Shown here piece after piece: positions 28,442 through 37,891 of a DNA stretch of 64,000 nt. Within the stretch, counting starts at the first letter, position 1; every line of letters begins with the position of its first letter. The stretch is from Candidatus Versatilivorator sp. (GTDB lineage: Bacteria; Acidobacteriota; Terriglobia; Versatilivoradales; Versatilivoraceae): the NCBI GenBank assembly GCA_965207735.1, contig OZ242296.1:4352001-4416000 (forward strand), in the 5' to 3' direction. Below the pieces are notes generated by a model. The model saw nothing but the letters and a program-made list of their open reading frames with translations. It did not search any database and had not been told where the DNA came from. The translations under genes were made by a program, and so were the position numbers.

Positions 28442-29580
28442 CAGAGGGAACGGCCGCTGCCCGACTCGAACAGGTGCGCCTTGGATAGATCCAGACTCAC
28501 CCTTTCGGGCGGGGGCCGGCCCGCCGCTTCAGGCCCCCAGAGCGCAAGCAGCGTATGGGCGCCGGCTTTGAGATAGAGAAGGACACTGCTGCCCATCGGC
28601 TCGACCACCTCCACCTCGATTTCCACTCGCACAAGACTCGAGTTCCCGTCTGGCCCGGACCCGCAATTGAGAATGTGTTCCGGGCGAACGCCCAGGGTGA
28701 CCTGTTGGCCGCTCCAGTCCCCATTAAGGGTGAGTTCTGAGAGCGGCAGCCGCAGGCTTTCGGTCTCCAGCCAGAGCTCCCCGTCCCGAGCGGCCACCCG
28801 CCCTTCCAGAAAGTTCATCTCAGGCGATCCCAGGAACCCGGCCACAAACCGGTTGGCCGGCCGATTGTAGAGATTCAGGGGAGTATCCACCTGCTGGAGG
28901 ATCCCCTGGTTCATGACGGCGATGCGGTCTCCCATGGTCATGGCCTCGACCTGGTCATGGGTCACGTAGACCGTGGTCACTCCCAGCCTGCGGTGCAGCT
29001 TGACCAGCTCGATCCGAGTGGCCACCCGCAACTTGGCGTCCAGGTTGGAGAGGGGCTCGTCCATCAGGAATGCCTTGGGCTCGCGGACGATGGCCCGCCC
29101 CAGGGCCACCCGCTGGCGCTGCCCGCCCGAAAGCTGCTTGGGACGCCGGCCCAGCACCTCCTGAAGCTCCAGCATCCGCGCAACAGACTGGATCCGCCGA
29201 TCGATGCCTTCCCGTTTCCTCTTCCAGGCCTGGCGGTCGAGAATCCAAGTCAGGGGACCATGGGGAGGCGTCCTCAGGCGCAGGCCGAAGGCCAGATTTT
29301 CCCGGACGTTCATGTGGGGATAGAGGGCATAGTTCTGAAATACCATGGCCACGTCCCGATCCTTGGGAGAGAGGCTGTTCACCCGGCGGTCCCCGATATG
29401 GATCTCCCCGCCGGTCAGTTCTTCCAGGCCGGCAATGCAGCGCAGCACCGTGCTCTTGCCGCAGCCCGAGGGACCGACCAGCACCAGGAACTCCCGGTCG
29501 GCGATCTCCAGGCTCAGGTCGTCCACCGCCGTCACCTCGCCGAACCGCTTGGTGAGATTTTGCAGCCTGATCTCGGCCAT
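28381..29580 (-). CDS. Sugar/polyol ABC transporter ATP-binding protein (MalK/UgpC-like)
   Basis: GPSGCGKST, AMVFQNYALYPHM, LSGGQRQRVALGRA, DEPLSNLDAKLR, YVTHDQ.EAMTMGD, TOBE-like C-terminus. Confidence 0.93.
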   Translation of the reverse strand: MAEIRLQNLTKRFGEVTAVDDLSLEIADREFLVLVGPSGCGKSTVLRCIAGLEELTGGEIHIGDRRVNSLSPKDRDVAMVFQNYALYPHMNVRENLAFGLRLRTPPHGPLTWILDRQAWKRKREGIDRRIQSVARMLELQEVLGRRPKQLSGGQRQRVALGRAIVREPKAFLMDEPLSNLDAKLRVATRIELVKLHRRLGVTTVYVTHDQVEAMTMGDRIAVMNQGILQQVDTPLNLYNRPANRFVAGFLGSPEMNFLEGRVAARDGELWLETESLRLPLSELTLNGDWSGQQVTLGVRPEHILNCGSGPDGNSSLVRVEIEVEVVEPMGSSVLLYLKAGAHTLLALWGPEAAGRPPPERVSLDLSKAHLFESGSGRSLCQPEGPAANFWTRRPSTSQT

Positions 29581-29663
29581 AGGATTGGATGACCCCGGAT
29601 TCCATGGGCTTAGGGCCGGGAGGTGTTTAACGTAATTGTATCGCAGGCGCTACCCTTCACTCA

Positions 29664-29827
29664 CGGGACGCCGCGTCTGCCCCCCTCCGGATCGACCGCG
29701 GGCTTCGCCAAAGGGACGCCGCGTTCGCCCCCCTCCGGATCGACTGCGGGCTCCGCCCTTGTCTCTCCGACTCCCCCTCAAGGGGGGAGTGACACAGGCG
29801 AAGGCTGATGCGGTGGGGGGGCCAACC
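29664..29827. repeat. REP-like palindromic element, family A
   Basis: CCCCCTCCGGATCGAC...GCCCTTGTCTCTCCGACTCCCCCTCAAGGGGGGAGTGA; the same modules occur at 37137-37830 and 49373-49571. Confidence 0.85.
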
Positions 29828-30105
29828 TATAGCCCGCGGCGCCCCGCCTTCGGGGCAGAATAGCGGAAATCCAAGGCAATGGGAAGCCGAGCCCCGGTTG
29901 CCCCCGAGTTGCTCTCGGGCCTGTTCCGGCCCTCCACCGCGGACCGGCTCCCAACCACCTTGGAGGTATGAGCATCCGGTTGACGCAACGGGAGGAGCAG
30001 GATATGTTACGGCGGCAGGCCGGCCCCCTGGATACCTCGGCCGATTCCTGACCCGCTCCACAGCCGTTCCCGCCACGGGAGCGCCGGGCCGGTCGCTCGA
30101 AGCCC

Positions 30106-31653
30106 ATGAACCTCGCCCTCTTGTTAAGCCGCGCCGCCCGGGCCCACGGAGGCAAGCCTGCCCTGGTGCAGGGCGACCGGATCCTGAATTACGAGGAGTT
30201 CAACCGGCGGACCGGCCGATTGGCCGGGTCCTTGAGGGGCCTGGGAATCCGGTCAGGCGACCGGGTCGCTATCCTCCAGCACAATGCGCCGCCGTTTCTG
30301 GAGACCCTGTTTGCTCTCTTTCGCCTGGGGGCAGTGGCGGTCCCTCTCAACTTCAGGCTCCATTCGCGCGAGATTCGCTACATCCTGGAGCAGAGCCGGT
30401 CCACCGCCGTGATCCACGGCGACTTTTTCAACCCCCGGATTCCACAAGCCCGCCAGGGCACCTCGGTGAGCCACTGGATCAGCACCGGCAAGCCCGCTTC
30501 CGACGACTCCCTGGGCTACGAGGATCTGCTGGCGCAGGGTCCCGAACTCCCGGACGATGTCGAGCTTGACGAGGACGCTCTGGCTTGGCTCTTCTACACT
30601 TCCGGCACCACCGGCAAGCCCAAGGGAGCCATGCTCTCCCACCGCAACCTGCTGGCCATGATCATGAGCTTCTTCGCCGACCACTACGTCCCCGACGAGA
30701 CCGACGTGGCGCTTCACGCTGCCCCTCTCTCGCACGGCAGCGGCCTCTACGCACTTCCCCTGGTGGCCCGCGGCGTCACCAACATTCTTCACGATTCGGT
30801 GGGCTTCAGCCCGGCTGGGGTGTTTGAGGAGATCACCCGCTGGAAGGTCACCCTCATTCCCTTTCTGGCCCCCACTCAGGTCAAGCGGCTGGCCGAGGAG
30901 CCGGTCGGCCCCGGCCACGACCTTTCCACCCTGCGGGCCATTGCCTGGGGCGGCGCCCCCATGTACGTGGAAGACGCCCGCCGGGCCGCGACCCGGTTCG
31001 GTCCCATCCTGACAGAGCTCTACGGGCTGGGAGAGTCCCCCATGACCATAACCGCCCTCAGCCGGCGAGCCATGGCGGCGGAGCTGGAGAAGGCGCCGCC
31101 CCTGCTTACCGCGGGACTGCCGCGCACCGACGTGGAAGTCCGCGTTGTGGACGAGGCCGGCCAATCGCTGCCCGCCGGCAGCTCCGGCGAGGTCCTGGTG
31201 CGAGGCGGCGTGGTCATGAAGGGTTACTGGAACAACCCGCGAGCCACGTCCGAGACCTTGCGCGGGGGCTGGCTCCACACCGGAGACATCGGCTACCTTG
31301 ACGAACGTGGGTTTCTCTTCCTGGTAGACCGCAAGAACGACATGATCCTCTCCGGAGCGTCCAACATCTATCCGCGAGAGGTGGAGGAAGCCCTGATGGA
31401 GCACCCTGAGGTGGCCGAAGTGGCCGTGTTCGGCGTGCCCGATCCGGAATGGGGAGAATCGGTGAAAGCAGCCGTCAGGCCCCGCCATCCGCAAGCCCCG
31501 CCGCCCGTCCCGGAGCTGATTGCCTTCTGCCGGGAGCGCATCGCCAGCTTCAAGAAGCCGCGATCGGTGGTCTTCGTGGAGGAAATTCCCAAGAATGCCT
31601 ATGGGAAAACCCTGCGACGGGAACTGAGAGAGCGCTACGGCACTCCGGATTGA
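30106..31653 (+). CDS. AMP-binding acyl-CoA synthetase (long-chain fatty acid-CoA ligase family)
   Basis: YTSGTTGKPKG, YGLGE, GWLHTGD.G, DRK.DMI.SG..NIYP.EVE, PD..WGE, K.PR, PKNAYGK. Confidence 0.92.
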   Translation: MNLALLLSRAARAHGGKPALVQGDRILNYEEFNRRTGRLAGSLRGLGIRSGDRVAILQHNAPPFLETLFALFRLGAVAVPLNFRLHSREIRYILEQSRSTAVIHGDFFNPRIPQARQGTSVSHWISTGKPASDDSLGYEDLLAQGPELPDDVELDEDALAWLFYTSGTTGKPKGAMLSHRNLLAMIMSFFADHYVPDETDVALHAAPLSHGSGLYALPLVARGVTNILHDSVGFSPAGVFEEITRWKVTLIPFLAPTQVKRLAEEPVGPGHDLSTLRAIAWGGAPMYVEDARRAATRFGPILTELYGLGESPMTITALSRRAMAAELEKAPPLLTAGLPRTDVEVRVVDEAGQSLPAGSSGEVLVRGGVVMKGYWNNPRATSETLRGGWLHTGDIGYLDERGFLFLVDRKNDMILSGASNIYPREVEEALMEHPEVAEVAVFGVPDPEWGESVKAAVRPRHPQAPPPVPELIAFCRERIASFKKPRSVVFVEEIPKNAYGKTLRRELRERYGTPD

Positions 31654-32251
31654 CCCCAATGTCTCAGCGGAAGGCGGGAATGCACGCCATGGAATGCAGC
31701 AAGAGGAATTCGGGATGAAGCCGAAGGGTCCGATCCGGGTGGGGGCCGATGTCGGGGGAACCTTCACCGACGTGGTCCTGGCCGATGCCGGGGGAAACGT
31801 CTGGACCGCCAAGGTTCCCTCGACGCCGCCCGACTTCGAGACCGCGGTGCTCAACGGCATCTCGCGGTTGCTCCACGACACCGCGGCTTCCGGGTCGGAG
31901 GTGGCCGAAGTGGTTCACGGGACCACCGTGGCCACCAACGCCATCCTGGAGCGGCGCGGGGCGCTGACGGCCCTGATCACCACCCGGGGATTCCGGGACG
32001 TGCTGGAGCTGCGCCGCATCCGGGCGCCCCAGATGTATGACCTCTTTTTCCAGAAACCCAAGGAGTTGGTGGAGCGCTGCCTGCGGTTCGAACTCGGGGA
32101 ACGCCTGACCGCCCGGGGCGAGGTTCTGGCCGAGGTGGACCCGAACGACCTGAACCGCATCGCCCGCGGCCTGAAGGAAGAGAAGGTCGAATCGGTAGCC
32201 GTGTGCCTGCTGCACGCCTACGCCTGGCCCCAACACGAGACTTTGGTGGGA

Positions 32252-33738
32252 GAGCCTTTTGCAAAATTCGGAATCGGGCATGACATTGGGCTGGCAACAG
32301 TGATGTTCCGGCGGTGACTACCCAGCTGCAAAGACCCTTTTGAAGGAAAAAGCCCGAATCTGATGGCCGGATGGCCAGCGGTCGCCGGACGCAGGCACAG
32401 CTTACCCTCTCCCGGCCTTGAGGCGGGCGAACCTGCTGTGCGGTTGGGGGTGGCAACCCGGTCTTCAGAGCGTCAGGCGCATCAACTGATCCACCGTCAG
32501 GGCCAGAATGCCGAACATCAGGTGGCACCTCACCTTGTCGGGGCCGCGAACCCTCACCTGCCTCCCGCCAAACTCCTCCTTGAGCCGTCCGTTGACCCGC
32601 TCCACCGTCGAGCGTTCCCGGTAGCGCCGCGCCTCGGGAGTCACTTGGCCGATACAGCGCCGGGCCAGTGCCTCCCGCTTCCGCTCGGCTTTCAAGGTAG
32701 CTCTTCGGCGGGGGTTGACGTCAATAATCGGCACATGCCCCAGCTTCTCACTGAAGGCCCGGATCTCCGGCGCATCGTAGGCGCTGTCCATCAAGTCGTA
32801 GAGACTCTCGACCCGCCTTGCCGTCAGCGTCGCCAGCGGAATGGCTGCCTGAGAGTCATGCACCGAGGCCGAGGTCAGCAGACAACTGACCGGAATCCCG
32901 CCGTCAATGGCGTCGAGGTGTAGCTTGTAGCCGGTCCAGCTCTCCTGATGCCCCTTGGCGTTGCGCTTGACGCCGATGTCGCAGGCCTTGGGCAACTCCT
33001 TCAACATTTCCTCCAGCGTCATCGACCCCTGCCGCTCCAGCCGGCTCAACCGCTTGGGCCGTCGCTCGCCCTTCGGCGGCCGGCCCCGCCGGCGTTTCCG
33101 CTTGGCCTCCGGCGCAGCCTTGGCCGCTGGCTTTTCCCGTCCCGCAATCGCCGTCGAGTCCCTCGACACATGCCCCGCCAAGTGGCCCTTCAGCGTCTCC
33201 TCCAGCAATGCCTCGTGCAAACGCCCCGGCAGGTCGCTCTCAGCGAATTCCGCAAAGGCCCGCGAGAAGGTCGACTCGCTCGGTACCTCCCACGCCCTCT
33301 CCCAGCCGCACAGCCGCCGCAGCCTCCCCTCACTCCTCAGCCGCTCCACCAATCCCCGCGTGGTCGCCACCTCCAGCATCGACTTCGCCAGATAGGCTCG
33401 CGCCAGCACTGCCCGATCCTCCAGCGGCCGGCCACGCCAGCCCCGACTGTAAGGCAGCAACTCCTCCACCCGCACCAACTCCAATACCTGCACCAGCCGC
33501 TGGTAACGCTCTCCCAGAGGCCCCAAAACTTCCTCCAGCAGGGGAAACAGCTCTCGTTGAAACCGGAACCAGTGTCGTGATAGGGTTTCCCTAAGGGGCA
33601 AGTTCCACCTCCGTTCATCATGTGGTTCAGACACCTTCATGATACAACAGACAGTGGTCTTGCCCCTCCTTCCACCTGCCCTCCTTGATCTTTCCCCACG
33701 TGAAAATTCCCGCTATCTGCGAATTTTGCAAAAGGCTC
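32252..33738 (-). mobile_element. 1487-bp insertion sequence, copy 2 (inverted relative to copy 1)
   Basis: Same 18-bp TIRs (32252-32269 and 33721-33738); target duplication GGGA (32248-32251 and 33739-33742); same length and same translated ORFs as copy 1. Confidence 0.95.
32465..33640 (-). CDS. DDE transposase, identical protein to 8737..9912
   Basis: The 391-aa translation in the ORF track is the same as for copy 1. Confidence 0.93.
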   Translation of the reverse strand: MKVSEPHDERRWNLPLRETLSRHWFRFQRELFPLLEEVLGPLGERYQRLVQVLELVRVEELLPYSRGWRGRPLEDRAVLARAYLAKSMLEVATTRGLVERLRSEGRLRRLCGWERAWEVPSESTFSRAFAEFAESDLPGRLHEALLEETLKGHLAGHVSRDSTAIAGREKPAAKAAPEAKRKRRRGRPPKGERRPKRLSRLERQGSMTLEEMLKELPKACDIGVKRNAKGHQESWTGYKLHLDAIDGGIPVSCLLTSASVHDSQAAIPLATLTARRVESLYDLMDSAYDAPEIRAFSEKLGHVPIIDVNPRRRATLKAERKREALARRCIGQVTPEARRYRERSTVERVNGRLKEEFGGRQVRVRGPDKVRCHLMFGILALTVDQLMRLTL

Positions 33739-35294
33739 GGGAGACTATTTGCGCCGAAATCTCCCCGATGTGCAGATATCTCTCTCCTCCGAGGTGCTTC
33801 GCGAGCGCAAGGAATACGAACGCACCGCCACCACCGTGGTCAATGCCTACGTGCGGCCGGTCATGCGCGGCTACCTGGCGGCCATGAGGTCGGGATTGGA
33901 GGCCCTGGCCATCCGCTCGCCCCTGCTGATCATGCAGTCCGCCGGGGGGTTGACCCCGGAAGAGGAGGCGGCCCTCCGTCCCGTATACATGCTGGAATCG
34001 GGCCCGGCCGCCGGGGTGCTCGCCTCCCAGGCTACCGCCCGCCACCTGGGACTGGAGAACGTCATCACCCTGGACATGGGGGGGACCACCGCAAAGGCTT
34101 CCCTGATCGAGGGCGGCCGGGTGCGCTACAGCCCCGAATACGAGGTCGGCGCGTCCCTTTCGGCGGGAAACCGCCTGACGGGCGGAGGCGGCGAGCTCAT
34201 TCGGGCCCCCAGCATCGACCTCGCCGAGGTGGGCTCCGGCGGAGGCAGCATTGCCTATCTGGACGGAGTCGGCGGGCTGCGGGTGGGTCCGCGCAGCGCC
34301 GGGGCCGTCCCCGGACCCGCCTGCTATTCCCGCGGCGGGTTGGAACCGACCGTGACCGATGCCAACGTGGTGCTGGGATACATCCGCCCGGGCCGACTGG
34401 CCAACGGGGACATCGCCATCGACCCGGATGCCGCCGCAAGCACCGTTCGGGATCGGATCGCCACTCCTCTGGGAATGGATCTGCTGCAAGCGGCCGAAGG
34501 CATCCACCGCATTGCCAACGCCAGGACCATGCGAGCCCTGCGCGCCGTCTCCACCGAGCGGGGCCGGGACCCTCGAGAGTTCGTGTTGATGGCCTTTGGC
34601 GGATCCGGCCCCGTCCATGCGGCGGGTCTGGCCCGGGAGCTGCACATCCGTCAGGTCATCGTTCCGCCCCTGCCGGGCCTGTTCAGCGCCCTGGGTCTGC
34701 TGGCCTCGGGAGTGGAGCACCACGACGTCAGGAGCTGCCTGCTTTTCGCCACCGACGCCGAGGCGGCAAGCCTGGAGCGAGTTCGGCAGGAGTTGAGGCA
34801 GAAGATGCTGGACCGCTTCGAAGCCGAGGGCTACGCCGCCTCCCGGGTCGCCTTGAGCTGGAGCGCCGACCTGCGCTTTCAGGGACAGGCCTCCGAGATC
34901 CGCCTCGAGCTCTCCGGCGACCCCCTGGACGGACCCGGGATCCAGGCCTTGAACGAGGCCTTCGAAACCGAACACCAGCGGCTATACGGCCACCGGTCGG
35001 ATCCCGAAAATCCCACTGAAATCATTGCCGTGCGCCTGGTGGGACAGGTGGCTGCCCCCGGGCGGGAGGCGGGGTTCAGACACGGGGCATCCGCCTTTGC
35101 GGCCCGGTCTCGCCGGCAGGCCTACTTCGGCTCCGACTACGGTGTCATCGACACTGCGGTGGTGACCCGCTCAAACCTTTCCGGGACCGCCAGGGGCTCC
35201 CTGTTGATCGACGAATACGACTCCACCATCGTCGTCCCTCCCTTCATGTCGGTTCGGCGGGACGAACATGGGAATGTGGTCATGGGGGTGGAGG

Positions 35295-37073
35295 ATGAGT
35301 AACGCTGACATCACAGGCGGAACACGACCTGCCGGGGAAGCTCCCATCGATCCCGTCACCCGGGAGATCATTCAGAATGCCCTGGCTTCCGCCGCCGACG
35401 AGATGGCCCTGGCCCTCTACCGGACCGCCTACTCCACCATCGTGCGCGATTGCCTGGACTACTCCACCTCTCTTTGCAATGCCGAGGGAGAGATGATCGC
35501 CCAGGGCGTCACCACTCCCCTGCACCTGGGCACGGTGCCCTACGCCATGGAGACCCTCTTCCGGAAGTATGGAGAGAGCATGTGCCCGGGAGACATCTTC
35601 ATTCTCAACGACCCCTTCGACGGGGGCATGCACATCCCGGACATCTTCATCGTGAAGCCGGTCTTCTGGGAGGACCGGCTGGCCGCCTTTGCCGTAAGCA
35701 CGGCCCACCACCTCGACCTGGGGGGACGGCTACCCGGCAGCTCGGCCTGCGACAACACCGAAATCTTTCAGGACGGCCTGCGGATTCCCTGGCTGAAGCT
35801 CTACCGGCGGGGAGAGCCCGATGAGGCTCTCTTTGCCCTGCTCAGAACCAACGTCCGGGTGCCGCGCATGACCATCGGGGACGTGCAGGCCCAGATCGCC
35901 GCCTGCCACATCGGGGAGCGGGCCATCCATGAACTCATCCGGCGCTACGGCCTGGGGACCTTCACTCGCTGCGCGTCCGAGCTGATCGCATACACCGAAA
36001 GGCTGCTTCGACGGGAAATCGCCTCCTGGCCCGACGGCTGCTACGCCTTTACCGACCACATGGACAGTGACGGCGTCGGCGGCCCCCCGGTACCTATAAA
36101 GGTCACGATAACCGTGAAGGGAGACTCCCTGACCGCCGATTTCACCGGCTCTGCCCCCCAGGTGCGGGGAGCCATCAACTGCACGCTCTCCTTCACCGCC
36201 TCGGTGGTGGCCCTCTGCATCCGCTCGGTCATGCAGGAGGAGGTCCCCAACACCGCCGGACTCTTCAAGCCGCTGAGGATCGTGGCTCCTCCCGGCACGG
36301 TGGTGCACGGAGTCATGCCGGCAGCTTCCTCCATGAGGGGAATTACCGGATTCCGCATGGTCGATGCCGTGTTCGGCGCCCTGGCAGGCCTTCTGCCGGA
36401 CCGCGTCTTTGCGGCCGGCGAAGGCGGCAACACCCTGGTGATCATCGGCGGCTTGCGGGAACAAGGCGGCCGCCGGGCGCCCTATGTCTATTACGAACTC
36501 CTCTCGGGCACCTGGGGAGGCCGTCCCGACCGGGACGGCAACGACGGACTGTGCAACATCGCCAACGTGGCCGCCAATATCCCGGTGGAGCAGGCCGAGT
36601 CCGAGTATCCCGTCCACATCGAACGCTACGGAATGGTGACCGACAGCGGAGGGGCCGGCCGATTCCGGGGCGGTCTCGGCATCGAGCGCGAGTGGCGCCT
36701 GCTGGAAGGGGAAGCCCACCTGGCCATCCGCTCAGACCGCAGGGACCATCCCCCCTACGGGCTCTCCGGCGGCCTGCCGGGAAGGGGCTCCATCAACGAG
36801 CTGCGGGGGAAAGAGGAGACCAGGGTCCTGCAGACCATGATCTCGACCTCCATCAAGCAGGGCGAGCGCATCTACCACCGGCAGGCGGGCGGCGGCGGCT
36901 GGGGCAACCCGCTGGAGCGGTCCCCCCAGGCGGTGGAGCGGGATGTCAGGAACGACAAGGTTTCCCCGGCGGCCGCCCGGCGGGAGTATGGAGTGGCGAT
37001 CGACGAGCGGACGGGCAAGGTCGATGCCGCTGCGACGGAGGAGTTGAGGCGGGGGCAGCGTGACGCGGGATGA
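35295..37073 (+). CDS. Hydantoinase B / 5-oxoprolinase subunit
   Basis: DP.T.EII..AL....EM, S..VRD..DYST, NDP..GG.H.PD, AHH.D.GG..PGS, EI.Q.GL.IP, E..E..YP, DSGG.G.FRGG.G, GGGGWG.P..R. Confidence 0.92.
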   Translation: MSNADITGGTRPAGEAPIDPVTREIIQNALASAADEMALALYRTAYSTIVRDCLDYSTSLCNAEGEMIAQGVTTPLHLGTVPYAMETLFRKYGESMCPGDIFILNDPFDGGMHIPDIFIVKPVFWEDRLAAFAVSTAHHLDLGGRLPGSSACDNTEIFQDGLRIPWLKLYRRGEPDEALFALLRTNVRVPRMTIGDVQAQIAACHIGERAIHELIRRYGLGTFTRCASELIAYTERLLRREIASWPDGCYAFTDHMDSDGVGGPPVPIKVTITVKGDSLTADFTGSAPQVRGAINCTLSFTASVVALCIRSVMQEEVPNTAGLFKPLRIVAPPGTVVHGVMPAASSMRGITGFRMVDAVFGALAGLLPDRVFAAGEGGNTLVIIGGLREQGGRRAPYVYYELLSGTWGGRPDRDGNDGLCNIANVAANIPVEQAESEYPVHIERYGMVTDSGGAGRFRGGLGIEREWRLLEGEAHLAIRSDRRDHPPYGLSGGLPGRGSINELRGKEETRVLQTMISTSIKQGERIYHRQAGGGGWGNPLERSPQAVERDVRNDKVSPAAARREYGVAIDERTGKVDAAATEELRRGQRDAG

Positions 37074-37136
37074 GGCCGCGTTCTGCCCTCATTAGCTCGG
37101 CGGCGCGGCGACCGGCGTCCTGCAATCCTCACACAT

Positions 37137-37830
37137 TAGACCGGGAACATGGTTTACACCCTGCCCAGGAATCGGGCAAGGCCCCCCATGCAAGTCTCGA
37201 GTATCACTCCCCCCTTGAGGGGGAGTCGGAGAGACAAGGGCGCAGCCCGCGGTCGATCCGGAGGGGGGCAAACTCGGCGTTCCGTAAGAGCCGATCAGCG
37301 GCACTCACAGAGCCACAAAGCGAGACGGACCTGCTCCACCGGCACGCGTTGTCCCAAAGCTGCGCCGGCGTCTGCCCCCCTCCGCATCAGCCTTCGCCAT
37401 TCGGCTCGACTTCTGCGACTCCCCCTCAAGGGGGGAGTGATATCCGTGTTATGAAGTGGGAACGGAGTTTATGCGGTAGACCGGGAACATGGTTTACATC
37501 CTGCCCAGAAATCGGGCAAGGCGCCCCATGCAAGCCTCAAGTATCACTCCCCCCTTGAGGGGGAGTCGGAGAGACAAGGGCGCAGCCCGCCGTCGATCCG
37601 GAGGGGGGCAGACGCGGCGTCGCGAGGGGGCTCCGCCCGCAGTCGAGCCGGAGGGGGGCAAACTCGGCGTCCCGGAAGAGCCGATCAGCGGCACTCGCAG
37701 AGCCGCATAGCGAGACGGACCTGCTTCAATGGCACGCGTTGCCCCAAAGCCGCGCCGGCGTCTGCCCCCCACCGCATCAGCCTTCGCCATTCGGCTCGAC
37801 TTCTGCGACTCCCCCTCAAGGGGGGAGTGA
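37137..37830. repeat. Tandem ~340-bp duplication built from family A palindromic modules
   Basis: TAGACCGGGAACATGGTTTACA at 37137 and 37477; each unit is bounded internally by TCACTCCCCCCTTGAGGGGGAGT ... ACTCCCCCTCAAGGGGGGAGTGA. Confidence 0.88.
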
Positions 37831-37891
37831 TTCGAGTTTCTTGAAGGACGTTTTGCGGAATTGGGGGAGAAGGCCCGGCGAAGAGTGCCGC

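Larger units (their letters stand above)
31715..35302 (+). pseudogene. Hydantoinase A / 5-oxoprolinase subunit gene interrupted by an IS
   Basis: 5' part DVGGTFTD..HGTTVATNA.LER; 3' part EYERT.TTV.NAY, ESGPAAG, DMGGTT, G.GGGSIA, GP.SAGA.PGPACY. Removing the IS and one GGGA restores the frame ...HETLVG|DYLRRNL... Confidence 0.92.

Noticed and set aside
8639-33738. Composite transposon or inversion bounded by the two IS copies
   Set aside because: Each copy has its own intact TSD pair, indicating independent insertions.
37137-37830. Possible CRISPR array or coding ORFs (37070..37558 etc.)
   Set aside because: The palindromic modules alternate in orientation and the intervening sequences are also repeated; the ORFs are translations of the repeats.
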